DNA of 64,000 bases from a virus (Duplodnaviria; Caudoviricetes): positions 1,903 through 65,902 of IMG/VR virus record IMGVR_UViG_3300035698_021037; one strand, written 5' to 3'. The notes beneath the pieces were generated by a model. It saw only the letters and a list, made by a program, of their open reading frames with translations, made no database searches and was not told the origin of the DNA. Both the position numbers and the translations under genes were made by a program. Position 1 is the stretch's first letter, and every line of letters starts with the position of its first letter. Of this stretch, positions 46,779-57,640 are shown piece by piece.

Positions 46779-48680
46779 TTATCCTCCGGACTTTCCAGGC
46801 CTAAGCAACGGGCAACCATACCAGATGTTTTTAGCTTCGGTGAAAATAGGATGCGCTTCATGCATCATCGTGCCGCTTCCTTGCTCTTGCGCTGTACGAA
46901 GATGCGTGATAACAAATGAAGTTGTAGCTGAACCTGTTTGATCGCCAACGTTAATCGCGATGGCGACTTCATTTACTATTCCAAACAGATCTTGCTCACT
47001 ATACGAGGACAGCCTGTCTCCGATTCCGTGTAACTTTATTGTTGAACCAGGAGCTATATCGAATCGAAGTCGGCCGCTGATTGTTACACGACGAGCCGCG
47101 AATAACAGGTTTATCAATATCGTTTTCGCATAACGGGTGCCTATGTTGTAATTGTCCATGTCTTGAACTGGAGATGTTGTATCTCCTACTACTCTTCCAT
47201 TATAAACCTCAGTCGTCTCATCGGTATCTATCTCTATGTTTTTTTTCTTCAAATAAGTTGATGGAGAACCTGAGCCTTTTGATACAGCTTGGATGTGCAA
47301 GTCCTGCTCTGTCTCCGTAATTATAGTCAACTCTTCTTCACTAGCTCCCGCTATCCCTGTACCTATTTCATCTAAAGTGTCTATTTCAGGCACATAGCGT
47401 GGGGCGCCGTCTGGTGAGTTTGGAAGATTAACAGGTTTTTTGCCCTTAGCAGCTTGTTTACCTACACTCCTTCCAGCCTGGGTACCTGTTCCGTTACCAA
47501 GAAGCCAAGCTGGAGAATTGAAGAAACGAATAGCTCCAGCTCTAGCGGCTCCTGTTACTAATTTGCCTTCTTCATTAAGCGGCTCAATATCGTAGTACCC
47601 AAAATACTGAAGCGCCGGTATGTAAGAGTTACCTACGCCTGTCACAGAGGGCACACTCGACGAGGGCATAAGCTTCACTCCCGTTGTAGGTTCTTTGGGT
47701 GAAGATAGCGACATATTGACTACAGAGTATTCATCATCGTGAATAATGCGCCAGACACGATTTCCCGCGAGCTGTGGGACAAGAGGTACTAGAAAAGCGT
47801 TACTAACGGTGGGTACAACGTGTACTAGAAACTGCTTACAAAATGCGAGCATCGCTTGCCAGATCGTTCCTCCGTACCACGTATTAATAAGAATTCCAGC
47901 TACATAGGTCGCAAGACCATTGTTAATCTTGGTTCCTACGATGTCCAGAGGAAGCTGTAACGGAGGAATTGGTACACCGAAATCTTCTGTATTGAAATAC
48001 TGAAGCGCGTTCAATCCTCGTTCATTGGACGCGTCGCTTTCAGCGCCTCGTGTTTCTGGTCGCCAAATTGATTCGCTCATAAGCGTCGTTAACGCTTTTT
48101 TAAGCATGACCCACATATCACTATTTTGAATATTCAGGAACTGACGGGCTAGGGCAAGTCTGGCGTCAATATTTGTTCTCTCTTTATTGTTAGCGACACC
48201 AGACGTTTGATTTACATTTCCAGGGTAACGCGGCGGGCCCATGAATCCGTTCATATCCGGATTAGAATATGAACGTGATGCGGTTACAGAGCCGTCCATA
48301 TCTACAAGCCAGCCTCTTGCCGCAAGTGTGAATCCGACAGTCTTACCGTCAGACGCGTAACCGGGATCCACGAGATATCCTTCGAAAATCTTAGTACCTT
48401 CGTCAGGCCATGTCGCTCCGCGAGGGGCTGCGCGGTCCTCAGGTTTCGCTGTTCCTGTAAAGTAAACGGAGATATCTTTGAACATATGCATTGCTTTGAT
48501 CGTATTATGAGCCTGGGCGTACTTCCCATCTGTTGTACGCCCTACAGCGAGACGCATCATCGCGGTAGGAATGCCGTCCAAAGCGTAACGGATCTCAACG
48601 GCGACAAGATCAACAGGATGTTCAAATCCGTCAATCTCAGCCCATAATTTCAATTTTGACCAGTAGTATTTATGAGCCAC
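46779..48680 (-). CDS. putative baseplate hub protein (gp27/GpD-like)
   Basis: IFEGYL, C-terminal G.LRFDIAPGS.I; position downstream of the tape measure gene. Confidence 0.55.
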   Translation of the reverse strand: MAHKYYWSKLKLWAEIDGFEHPVDLVAVEIRYALDGIPTAMMRLAVGRTTDGKYAQAHNTIKAMHMFKDISVYFTGTAKPEDRAAPRGATWPDEGTKIFEGYLVDPGYASDGKTVGFTLAARGWLVDMDGSVTASRSYSNPDMNGFMGPPRYPGNVNQTSGVANNKERTNIDARLALARQFLNIQNSDMWVMLKKALTTLMSESIWRPETRGAESDASNERGLNALQYFNTEDFGVPIPPLQLPLDIVGTKINNGLATYVAGILINTWYGGTIWQAMLAFCKQFLVHVVPTVSNAFLVPLVPQLAGNRVWRIIHDDEYSVVNMSLSSPKEPTTGVKLMPSSSVPSVTGVGNSYIPALQYFGYYDIEPLNEEGKLVTGAARAGAIRFFNSPAWLLGNGTGTQAGRSVGKQAAKGKKPVNLPNSPDGAPRYVPEIDTLDEIGTGIAGASEEELTIITETEQDLHIQAVSKGSGSPSTYLKKKNIEIDTDETTEVYNGRVVGDTTSPVQDMDNYNIGTRYAKTILINLLFAARRVTISGRLRFDIAPGSTIKLHGIGDRLSSYSEQDLFGIVNEVAIAINVGDQTGSATTSFVITHLRTAQEQGSGTMMHEAHPIFTEAKNIWYGCPLLRPGKSGG

Positions 48681-49470
48681 TACGAACCTCTTCTATTCTA
48701 TACGCTAACGCAAGAAGCGCTCCAGACAGCCGGTAAGGAATCAGAACGTGATAATTCCATAGTTCTCCGAAAGTCTTGTAAGGCTCGTCGTCACTAAAAA
48801 GTGAATCAATCTCTGATTGCATAGATTCACCGATCGAGGCAACTACATTCGGTAAGGTTATATTTGGAGAGAGCACGGATTCCAGAAGCCAACGACGGTC
48901 CGCTTTCCAAAGCTCGGCCGGCCCGCCAAGAATCCTTCCGAAGAAGTTATCTCCATTCCCATGTAGTGGGAAAAGGCTACTCTGTCCGCCAGACCACGTT
49001 ACACCCGTTTCACGAGTTACTTTGCTATTGGAGTTGGTAACCATTACACGTTGCGTAGATTGTGTTACTACAGTCCAACGAAGACGCATCTTTCCATCCG
49101 CGTAGATGCGCTCAGGTTCGCCGGCGTAGTAAAGCTGTGTTGAATCCCCTGAGGAGATGCGTTGCGTGGTTATTCCATAGTTATAGTTGACCATGGATCG
49201 GTTTAAGTCGTATGTAACTCTTGGATCTAACGCGGTCAGATAACTGGAAAACTCTGTTGAATGAATCATACGCATGTATTGCCAAAGTCGAAAATTCAAG
49301 AAATGATTATCTGGATTTGGACCAAATAGAGCAGACCATACGCCTCGCATTTGCAAGGGTAGCTCTATAGTATGGAAATCTTCGGGCACGTACTCTTCTC
49401 CGTAGAAATCCACACCAGGCCTCTCCGAGCCTTCTTGATTCAGTAGTAACGTTCTCACGTGATTGATCAT
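48670..49470 (-). CDS. hypothetical tail-module protein
   Basis: 266 aa coupled ORF. Confidence 0.5.
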   Translation of the reverse strand: MINHVRTLLLNQEGSERPGVDFYGEEYVPEDFHTIELPLQMRGVWSALFGPNPDNHFLNFRLWQYMRMIHSTEFSSYLTALDPRVTYDLNRSMVNYNYGITTQRISSGDSTQLYYAGEPERIYADGKMRLRWTVVTQSTQRVMVTNSNSKVTRETGVTWSGGQSSLFPLHGNGDNFFGRILGGPAELWKADRRWLLESVLSPNITLPNVVASIGESMQSEIDSLFSDDEPYKTFGELWNYHVLIPYRLSGALLALAYRIEEVRSGS

Positions 49471-49943
49471 CGTTGAGATCCTGGAAGCGTGTTAATAGTA
49501 AATCGAAACCGATTAATGAGAAATTGCACGTCACTAGCCAATGCTTGAACACTCAACTCCGTCATGAATCCTGCGATGGTATAATTTCCAATTGTTACGC
49601 TGACCGTATCATTCGTTCTAGCCAGTCGATAATTTCTGTAGTAGTCCATAACTTGTCTGAGTCCCGTACCCCCGGATTGTGATGTTTCACATTTCTGGGA
49701 GAAAGCGACACCGCTAAGTACGATAGAACCCATCTGATCACCGAAGACGTATACGTAAATGACGTCACGCAACGAGGCCATGAATTGTTGTTTTGTCGCC
49801 TGTCGGTATTCGATGTTGGTAATGATGACGTTACCATCAAATTCATCATTTTTTCCGGCGGACATAGATACTCTAGCAGGCGCTCCTCCAATTCCGGAGA
49901 GCACTGCAACTTTTCCAGGCGTCGATAGAAGAAGATCAGCCAT
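49467..49943 (-). CDS. tube-fold protein (tube initiator-like)
   Basis: Pattern similar to the tube protein (IYVYVFGDQMGSIVLSG); immediately after the tape measure gene. Confidence 0.5.
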   Translation of the reverse strand: MADLLLSTPGKVAVLSGIGGAPARVSMSAGKNDEFDGNVIITNIEYRQATKQQFMASLRDVIYVYVFGDQMGSIVLSGVAFSQKCETSQSGGTGLRQVMDYYRNYRLARTNDTVSVTIGNYTIAGFMTELSVQALASDVQFLINRFRFTINTLPGSQR

Positions 49944-49948
49944 TTTGG

Positions 49949-52900
49949 TTATCCAAAGGTATACTTGGTATCGCCTTGTTTGAAGCCTTGAGACATCAGA
50001 GCTACCTTATCGGCGGTATCGGCAGTGTTTTTGACGATTAGAGCCAGCTTATCATCTACGGACGATCCACCTCCCATTGAGGCTCCAGTAGTTGAAGGGG
50101 TAGCTTCGGGAGCGTCCTTAGTAGCTGCAAAACCTCTATACTCCGTCTCTTTTTCTTTCTCTTTTTGTTCTTTAGCTTCTTTTTCTATTCTTGCAGCATT
50201 CGTTTGCTTCATCGTCAGTTCTTCTGGGCCACTTACCTTCTTCGTGTCTCGCTTCTTATCTGCTTCCGTCGCTTTACGTGTTTCGACAGCGCGATTAGTT
50301 TCTTCTTTTACTTCTTCAACATCTCCAGGAGCAGTACCCTTTTTCCAGGAAGCTTGACCAAAATATCCCGCAGCCGCATTAGTAGCTATTTCAAGTTGAC
50401 GCGCTGCTTCGTTACGTTTAGTAACCAAGTCTTCTGGTACTTTTTCGCCAGTTTCCCGCATCTTTAATACACGTTGCGAAACTTTTGAGTAGGTGTCGCG
50501 TGTGCTAAAGTAATCCTGAATAGCATCTCTAGCGCGACCGGCCGATTCCGCGTTACCTCCACCCTTATAAATGCGGTTCATGATTTCTTGTGTACCCGCA
50601 TTTCGAAGATCTAAAGGCTCTGAGTCACCACCAATTGAAGCAGCGCCTAGCTTTCTAATCTGTTCCGACACCGCGTCGGAAGAGGCCATAATGTGTTGTT
50701 GCGCTGTTTTTTTACCCGCAGCGTGTTCGGCTTCTACAATCTGTGCTTTAATATCAGCTCTTTTTCCAGGATCTTTTTCTTTGGCCAGCTCACGATTTAA
50801 TCTTATGACTCCGGGATCTGTTTCTTTCAGTTGTGATACGAGGTCCTCTTGTCTATCCAAATCTTCTTTGGACAACTCCCTACCCTGGCGCTGAAGACGA
50901 CGTTCACGATCTTCAATCTCCTGCAAATCTCTTGCGTTTCTCTGTACCACAGAAGATCGTCCTTGAGCGTCCCTCAATCCAGATAGCTCTGCAGCTTCCT
51001 GCGCCGTATTCCACGACGTAGCTCTTTTTTGATCACGATCCCTGACTGTCTTTAACAAAGTAGCGCGTTCCGCTGCAGCTTCTGGACTATCTGCAAAAAG
51101 CCTTCTTTTGTTCTCTTGGAAAGTTGCCTTCGCTTCGTCGTCGAATGAAGCCAGCTTCTCAAGCTCATTTAGATAGGTTTTCTGTTGACGAGGATCAGAC
51201 ATTGAATAAGCTGTTGCAAGCTGTTCCTTTAGTATATCGTCGATCTTAACGCCGCCATTACCCCTAAGCAGCGCATCTTTCGCTGCTTTTTTGAGGGGTG
51301 TTCCTGTTGGGCTCGCCATGAAATCAAAGACACGTTCAAGAACTCCGCGTTGGTCTGTCGAAGCTGGAATAGCCGCTTCAAGCGCCCGCTGAATATCTCC
51401 ACGAGCTTCGGCGGTCCTTCGTAAATCCATTGTTCCGCCAAGAAATGACTTTCCGTCTTTCTGTAGCTGACTCCAATAAAAGCCGGCCTGTTGCGTGTTT
51501 CCTGTAGCGGTAATCCATTGACGAGCGAATCCGTTAGCTAGTTGACGTGTTCTGTAGTCAAACTGTTCCTTGCCCATCTGTGAGATTGTAGCTGCTTTAG
51601 CATCCTCGGCATTCATGGTTCTACCATACCGTGCTTCAAGTCTAGTTCGAGTTTGTATGAGCGCGCGGTCTTCGCTGTTATAAGCTTCTGAACCCATTTG
51701 CTCTATAGTAGCGGCGTTACTAGGGTCAGCGGAATCAAGCCTGGGATCCGCTGCACGAAGCGCAGCCATTCGCGCGTTTACATCATTGGGATTTATGATA
51801 TTTGGATTATCCTTTGTGAGCTGATCAAAATATCTGTCCTGGCGGTTTTGCGCTTCATCCGCACTCATCCCATGAGTTACCCCGGCCATCTCATTGAAAA
51901 ATTTGTCGTTTCGAATAAGGCCACGAACTCCTACCTGTTTACTATTCATTAAGTTCGCTACTTGAATATCTCGTACTACTCCCGCGCCTCCCAGGTCCTT
52001 CGCATACTTATTCAAAGCAAGAGGATCGCGTTTCAACGCTTCGATAGCGTCCGACCCTACAGCTCTGCGCATCGTTTTCCATGCTTCCTGACTCTCCATC
52101 TTTCCAAGAGCCGAGTTTACACGCTCAGAATCTCCGGATTTGAGATCTTCAATAATACTCATTGCATCCATCTGCGATTCATTCATCGGCCCACCGCCGC
52201 CAAGAATCTCCTTTTGTACGTAACCCGCGACTCCCATGAACTTCATTGTCTGAGAATTGGCTGCGGCGAATCCTGAATGCATCGCGGTTTGAGCGTACTG
52301 AGCGTCATCCATTCCTCTCCAACCAGCCGCAGAGCGTCCGCCTCTCTTATAGTTGTTCAGCATCATGGCCGAATCAATACCTATCTCTGCGCCGAGAGGC
52401 CTATAGGCAACACCAGCCATTGCTCCTTGTTGCTGTCCAATAAGAGCCGCCTGCTGCAATCCGGCTCCGCTAATACCACTCATTGTCGACATTTGTTTGA
52501 TGCGTGAAGTAAAGGATCGAAGCTGAGACGGATCCATTCCAGAGGCTGCGCCACCCGTAACATCATCCATCGTTTTGATAACGTCCGCCATGGGACCAAA
52601 AACGTCTTTCAAGCTGCTGGCGACTTCCGCCCATTCCGCTGTTTTGCGCATGATACTTTCTGTACGAGCGCGAGTCTTCGCAGCAGATTTTCCTCCAGCG
52701 TCTAACTCACCAAAGATATCTTTACCTTCAGATATAGCCGCGAGGTTACGAGCTTCATTTGAACTTCTACCTAGGCTAAAAGGATTGATTCTGTCTTCTT
52801 GCTCCGCCCGACTCATACCCTGAAGACTTCTTTCACCGAGCTGTCTCTGAGCTTCAGTTGTAGCCGCCATGTCTGACATTCTTGCCGGAAGCATTCCTTT

Positions 52901-53512
52901 TCTGCCCATGCTCGACATAAGACTTGTGACGTCTGGGGCGGTTAGATTTGAAAATGGTGAACGATTTTGGCCATCTGGAAACCAATTGTCTAGAACGCCA
53001 CCCATGATATTTGTGACGTCCCTAGCGGCTGGAACGGATCCCATAGGCATTCTCATTTGTTGCGCCTGATACACCTGCATAGCCATCTTTTGCGCAGAGG
53101 GTCTTCCACCAAGGAAAACAGAGTTATAGGCTTCAGGAAAAGATAATCGCATCGTGTTAAGCCCGTAGGCTTGCGTATCCGTTAAACCTTCCCGCGCATA
53201 GACACTCGCCATGACCCGGCCACCTTCACGGCTCTGAAACGTGCCTCCCCACTTTTGAGCTACCGTGGGCATGTCATACATGCGCATCATCTGCTGATTA
53301 ATGTCATTTTTAACACGAGTTGCCTGTTGCAGCTCAAGCTCTGCGGCCGGATTGAATGGGGCTCCGATCGGGAAAGCCATATTGTTCCCGGTCATCTGAT
53401 TTACTTGGTTCATAAGCATTGGAAGCGCTTGTTTGACAAACGGGTTGTTCATCAAAGCAGCTAGATCCGGAGGTATATTTCCATAGGCGCTTCCATAGCC
53501 TGTATTTGCCAT
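49949..53512 (-). CDS. tail tape measure protein
   Basis: 1187 aa, Ala/Gln/Met-rich helical composition; follows the chaperone pair. Confidence 0.7.
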   Translation of the reverse strand: MANTGYGSAYGNIPPDLAALMNNPFVKQALPMLMNQVNQMTGNNMAFPIGAPFNPAAELELQQATRVKNDINQQMMRMYDMPTVAQKWGGTFQSREGGRVMASVYAREGLTDTQAYGLNTMRLSFPEAYNSVFLGGRPSAQKMAMQVYQAQQMRMPMGSVPAARDVTNIMGGVLDNWFPDGQNRSPFSNLTAPDVTSLMSSMGRKGMLPARMSDMAATTEAQRQLGERSLQGMSRAEQEDRINPFSLGRSSNEARNLAAISEGKDIFGELDAGGKSAAKTRARTESIMRKTAEWAEVASSLKDVFGPMADVIKTMDDVTGGAASGMDPSQLRSFTSRIKQMSTMSGISGAGLQQAALIGQQQGAMAGVAYRPLGAEIGIDSAMMLNNYKRGGRSAAGWRGMDDAQYAQTAMHSGFAAANSQTMKFMGVAGYVQKEILGGGGPMNESQMDAMSIIEDLKSGDSERVNSALGKMESQEAWKTMRRAVGSDAIEALKRDPLALNKYAKDLGGAGVVRDIQVANLMNSKQVGVRGLIRNDKFFNEMAGVTHGMSADEAQNRQDRYFDQLTKDNPNIINPNDVNARMAALRAADPRLDSADPSNAATIEQMGSEAYNSEDRALIQTRTRLEARYGRTMNAEDAKAATISQMGKEQFDYRTRQLANGFARQWITATGNTQQAGFYWSQLQKDGKSFLGGTMDLRRTAEARGDIQRALEAAIPASTDQRGVLERVFDFMASPTGTPLKKAAKDALLRGNGGVKIDDILKEQLATAYSMSDPRQQKTYLNELEKLASFDDEAKATFQENKRRLFADSPEAAAERATLLKTVRDRDQKRATSWNTAQEAAELSGLRDAQGRSSVVQRNARDLQEIEDRERRLQRQGRELSKEDLDRQEDLVSQLKETDPGVIRLNRELAKEKDPGKRADIKAQIVEAEHAAGKKTAQQHIMASSDAVSEQIRKLGAASIGGDSEPLDLRNAGTQEIMNRIYKGGGNAESAGRARDAIQDYFSTRDTYSKVSQRVLKMRETGEKVPEDLVTKRNEAARQLEIATNAAAGYFGQASWKKGTAPGDVEEVKEETNRAVETRKATEADKKRDTKKVSGPEELTMKQTNAARIEKEAKEQKEKEKETEYRGFAATKDAPEATPSTTGASMGGGSSVDDKLALIVKNTADTADKVALMSQGFKQGDTKYTFG

Positions 53513-53516
53513 TCCG

Positions 53517-54047
53517 TTATCCTCGCTTCAACTTGCCACGACGCCTAGCGCCCATAATCTTCTTACGTTTTTGATCTCGTGTTTGAATTGCCTCTCTAAG
53601 CCCTTGTGCTACAGTTTTTTGCGATCTATTACGATTTTGAGTATCCTCCAAAATCTTTCGCAGCTTTTTACGATGTTCCTGCGCACGCGGGTTTTTGCTG
53701 ACAACTTCCTTTTCTTCCTTCCATGCGTCTGCAAGAGAGTGCATGTTTTCAGGAAGCTGTTTTTCCCACGCGAACCAAGGAACAATATTTTTTGCAATCG
53801 TATGCGCCATCGTCGCGGATTCCTTTAAGTAGAAATCCGATAACTCCGTTGAATTTGTGACGCTGATGCCAGCCAGGTACTTTTGGTAGCGAAGATCGTA
53901 AACTCGAAGCCATGCCTGATTCTCCAACTCAGCCAGTATAATGCTCTCTTTAGGGTACCACGCGGCGTCATAACGCTGAAACTTTGAGAAGTCTAAGGCG
54001 CCAAGGATATGCGCCCTAGTCATTAAGCAGTTCCACCGCTCTCCCAA
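53517..54047 (-). CDS. tail assembly chaperone (gpT-like; possible -1 frameshift extension)
   Basis: Directly upstream of the tape measure gene; in the -1 frame relative to the upstream ORF; alternative ATG at 54023. Confidence 0.55.
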   Translation of the reverse strand: MGERWNCLMTRAHILGALDFSKFQRYDAAWYPKESIILAELENQAWLRVYDLRYQKYLAGISVTNSTELSDFYLKESATMAHTIAKNIVPWFAWEKQLPENMHSLADAWKEEKEVVSKNPRAQEHRKKLRKILEDTQNRNRSQKTVAQGLREAIQTRDQKRKKIMGARRRGKLKRG

Positions 54048-54850
54048 AAATCCGAGTCTTGGGCCCTCGATGAGAGAACGTCTACTTCTCCTTCAAACTG
54101 TTGGTGAACCTGTAACACGGCCTGCAGTAGAGGCTGTGGCCAGTCTTTGGTTTTATTATCAAAAACCCTCGTCAGTAAGGAGCGCGAATCGTCTTCGTTA
54201 TATGGCATATAGTCTTTTGTCGCTTGGAGAGTCACGTTTGGGTATACGCTGTCTTTTCCTTCTTTTCTACGAATACCCGCCAGGCTAACTGCTAACTGAT
54301 AGCGCTGGAAAAACCACAGCCACCGCTGCAAGTTGTTAGGATCTGCTCGCTTTTGCTGCGTATCCTCATTCATCTGATCGGAAATCATATCCATCTGTTC
54401 GGTTGTACGTACACGGAAAACGAGGCGTACAGAACCGTCGAAGATCGGAAACTCTTTCTCATAGAGCGTTCCACCAAGCATAGAACGCATGAAAGCCTTT
54501 TTGTCGTGCTCATCAGGATCATAAACAGTAAGCGTTGTATCAAACCCACAACGAGCGCAGATACGACTACCGCCTACGTTAGCGTCCACCGGCTCGGCAG
54601 CGTCCACCGGCTCGGCTACTTCAAGCTTTCCAACGCTTTGAGTTTCTGAAACTTTTTTGGGCTCGTCCCCCTTCTTTTCTTCCAGATTGGCAATACTCTC
54701 TTGAGACACTGTTTCTGCGTCAACAACGCCCACCTCTTTAAAGAACTCGTCATATCGTTGACGATCTTCCGGAGGAAGCTCTGTAATGTCCTGTACGGGA
54801 GCTGTATCTTTCTCAGGTCCAGCCGCCGGCTGAGGAAAATCTTTTGCCAT
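54023..54850 (-). CDS. tail assembly chaperone (gpG-like)
   Basis: AGGAG RBS before ATG 54850; CARCG; ends ..DSDFWE containing GGATTTT. Confidence 0.55.
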   Translation of the reverse strand: MAKDFPQPAAGPEKDTAPVQDITELPPEDRQRYDEFFKEVGVVDAETVSQESIANLEEKKGDEPKKVSETQSVGKLEVAEPVDAAEPVDANVGGSRICARCGFDTTLTVYDPDEHDKKAFMRSMLGGTLYEKEFPIFDGSVRLVFRVRTTEQMDMISDQMNEDTQQKRADPNNLQRWLWFFQRYQLAVSLAGIRRKEGKDSVYPNVTLQATKDYMPYNEDDSRSLLTRVFDNKTKDWPQPLLQAVLQVHQQFEGEVDVLSSRAQDSDFWESGGTA

Positions 54851-54863
54851 CGTTTTTCTCCTG

Positions 54864-57527
54864 CTACTGTTTAGTGACGAGATAGTTACCATCGAATTTC
54901 ATACTAACCATTTCAGACATCTCATTGTCAAGCGGTTTATTCATAGCTGTTCCTGCGCCGATATCAAAAAGTGACGACGTAAGAAGATCAGAGCCTTTAT
55001 AAGCGTCACCGCGATATACCCATGTTTCATGCCCAGGGTAGGGAAGCGTGTTCAGAAGATTTGGAGACAGCACAGGTTTCTCTTCCCATGTTTGGCTAGC
55101 GGCTCCCGCCCTCTGCAGCTGTTGCCAACGTGGCTCATAGATCACGAAGTCTTCAGCAATCGCATATTGCTCCTCATTACGAAGTGAAAAGCCCAGAGTC
55201 TGAAAGACTGCGATGTTACCGAGCGCTTCATTTCCTTCAGCGAAAGCCGCGTTCTCCTGACTTTTCAGATAGCTTCTGTAGCTGGTCAGATTTTCAGTTG
55301 CCCAGCCTGTCCACTCGGTTAGGTCATACCTATCTGGAAGCGACCCGCCGAAGACGCGACCATGAGTTTTAGCCGATTGAATCAAGTAATGAGCAGACAC
55401 AGATCCGTGGGTGTAATATCCACGATTAGAGATGGACCATCCGTTATTCAGAATATGCGCGCTACAGATAATAGAGCTTTGCACGATAAGGAACTTATTC
55501 ATATACGTTACGCTGGGATAAAGACAGATAGCATTCGACGATTTAGTGGGTGTATCCGCGCCACGAGACCCACAGAATATCTGTATGGAACTTTTTCCTA
55601 CGACTTGAACGCTTCGACCAAATATGATCGTTGAGTTATCGTAACTTCCCAGTGAAAGGTTACCACTAGCTCCCGGAGCCAACGCCAGCTGCATTTCGTT
55701 GCCAAGAACCGCAATCTTACTTTTCGCCGCTTTAATGAGGATACCGGGCGCGTCGACCTCTTCTCCAAGCTTGTTGTCGAAGTTCTCTTTACTCTGACGG
55801 CCTCGGCTACGACACTCAATAACAATACCACCTGAGCCATTGCAGGTATGTGGATTACCGTTACCGCCCAGCATATGAAGATTACGTTCAGCCTTAAGCC
55901 GCACATCATGTTTTGCCGCTGTGATATCCACGCTGTTTCCCGCGCGTTGAACGATGTCGTGAGGAGCCCAAGTCACAGAGCTACGTCCAGGCATGTAAAA
56001 GAAGTCCAGAGGGGCGGACATGAAAATTGATCCGCCGGTCATCATGATCTGACTACCGTAACCGTCCTCGATCAGAATAGAGCCATCATCCATCTGTTTA
56101 ATACAACTTCGAGACATAAAGTACTTGACGGTACCACCCCGCTCGTCGATGTTCAGCTCAACCGACTGTGGCATGGACATAAGAAAACCATTTGGGGCCC
56201 TATTTGCTTCGCTGTGAACAGCGCTGACAGCCGAAACGTTAGCGCTAGCAAAGACTTCGTCCTCACTACAGAAATAGAAGTCCTTTTTATGGCTATTCAG
56301 CCCCTCAACAAAGTACCTATTGAATAGATACGCGTGGTAATCAAATAGCTGCGCCGCGCGCGAAGAGGGCACATCCGCGTCCACGAACTCGAACTCACTC
56401 TTGGAATACTTATCTCCACCCTGCCAAACGTTGGACGCGCTGTAGGTTCTTCGAGAATCTCCGTCAGGATCATCCGGTTCCGCCAGTTGTTTTGGCACAG
56501 GGATCAGTGCATATTTCTCAAATGTGATCTCTTTGGCCGATCGAACAGCGAAACGCCCATCGACATGTTTGATGACTTCAAGAAGCCCGGGATAGCTAAT
56601 TGCGTCATTCGAAGACTCAATATCTGGCTTATCTCCGCCCAGTTTAGCGGGTGGCCATGCTATCCATTCGTGTTCCAACTCCCCTAAATATCCGCGAAGT
56701 CGGTGATGTCGCCATATTCCCATCTGATTCGCGTCATCAACGGGCTCTCGGCCCGCATCATCCTTTGAGGGCTCTCGGGACTCAATAGGCGCCGTGGAGC
56801 GCAGACGGGCGCCCAGGGCCTCCCACGGAAGGTGTGTGGACCTCCAAAGGTCAAAAGCCTCCCCCTCATCATCCAGAATGGAATGTTCAAGGAACGCGTG
56901 ACGCAAAACGTAATTATAGGCGGTAATCCGCACAAGGTCATCGAGGTGAAACATTTCCAATTTAGCTACATCGCTGGCCTGTAGCTTGAGAAAGAACCTG
57001 CCAAGGAAATACATGAGCCCTAGCTCATTAACATGGCCCCAGTCGCCCGGGAGCAGGTCGTAGGGAGCATGACAACCGTAATTGGCAAGAACGGTATCCG
57101 GATCTTCCAAATCGGAGTTGTAAATAGGTTCTTCGTAGAATCCGCAACGAGAACGAGGAACAACAGCGCTCATGAACGTATTTTCATACGCTCCGGCCGC
57201 ATCGGCAAAAGATCCGATGATAAACGCTTCCGCATTGGGCTCGTCGGGAATGAGAAGATAAACACGTGTACCCGGCATATAGGCGCAAAAGTCTGTGGTA
57301 CCTATCGAGTGACGTGTTCCTCTACCGAGGGGTCTGGCTATGTATACCTGATTAGTGCCGACGCCTACAGTATAACACTGCAGAATGGGATAAACGTCGA
57401 GGATCTGCCCAAACGTAATCTGGGCCGAGCCTGCGGGGCCGGAACCCGGCTGCGGTACGACGGGGCTTATAGAGTCCGCCGGACTGCCGCCCAGGTCCCC
57501 GAATTTAATAGGTATTTCGGGAGACAT
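54864..57527 (-). CDS. baseplate spike protein (gp5/VgrG-like)
   Basis: OB-fold-like PGTRVYL..P....AFIIGS; IEDGYGSQI.M followed by beta-helix-like repeats. Confidence 0.65.
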   Translation of the reverse strand: MSPEIPIKFGDLGGSPADSISPVVPQPGSGPAGSAQITFGQILDVYPILQCYTVGVGTNQVYIARPLGRGTRHSIGTTDFCAYMPGTRVYLLIPDEPNAEAFIIGSFADAAGAYENTFMSAVVPRSRCGFYEEPIYNSDLEDPDTVLANYGCHAPYDLLPGDWGHVNELGLMYFLGRFFLKLQASDVAKLEMFHLDDLVRITAYNYVLRHAFLEHSILDDEGEAFDLWRSTHLPWEALGARLRSTAPIESREPSKDDAGREPVDDANQMGIWRHHRLRGYLGELEHEWIAWPPAKLGGDKPDIESSNDAISYPGLLEVIKHVDGRFAVRSAKEITFEKYALIPVPKQLAEPDDPDGDSRRTYSASNVWQGGDKYSKSEFEFVDADVPSSRAAQLFDYHAYLFNRYFVEGLNSHKKDFYFCSEDEVFASANVSAVSAVHSEANRAPNGFLMSMPQSVELNIDERGGTVKYFMSRSCIKQMDDGSILIEDGYGSQIMMTGGSIFMSAPLDFFYMPGRSSVTWAPHDIVQRAGNSVDITAAKHDVRLKAERNLHMLGGNGNPHTCNGSGGIVIECRSRGRQSKENFDNKLGEEVDAPGILIKAAKSKIAVLGNEMQLALAPGASGNLSLGSYDNSTIIFGRSVQVVGKSSIQIFCGSRGADTPTKSSNAICLYPSVTYMNKFLIVQSSIICSAHILNNGWSISNRGYYTHGSVSAHYLIQSAKTHGRVFGGSLPDRYDLTEWTGWATENLTSYRSYLKSQENAAFAEGNEALGNIAVFQTLGFSLRNEEQYAIAEDFVIYEPRWQQLQRAGAASQTWEEKPVLSPNLLNTLPYPGHETWVYRGDAYKGSDLLTSSLFDIGAGTAMNKPLDNEMSEMVSMKFDGNYLVTKQ

Positions 57528-57556
57528 AATTCCAATTCCAATTCCAAGTCAAAAGT

Positions 57557-57634
57557 GGGAAGGCGGCTGGCGGCGACAGCCGCCCTCCCTGGGAGAGATC
57601 GGAGACCGATGGCTTTCTACCGATAAACTCTCCC
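57557..57634 (-). terminator. two hairpins after the tube gene, the distal one terminator-like
   Basis: GGGAGAG..ATCGG/CCGAT..CTCTCCC, then GGGAGGGCGGCTG/CAGCCGCCTTCCC followed by ACTTTT on the minus strand. Confidence 0.6.
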
Positions 57635-57640
57635 GTTGGT

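Noticed and set aside
54581-54616. 18-bp direct duplication (AEPVDA x2)
   Set aside because: A small in-frame duplication in a disordered linker, with no sign of function.
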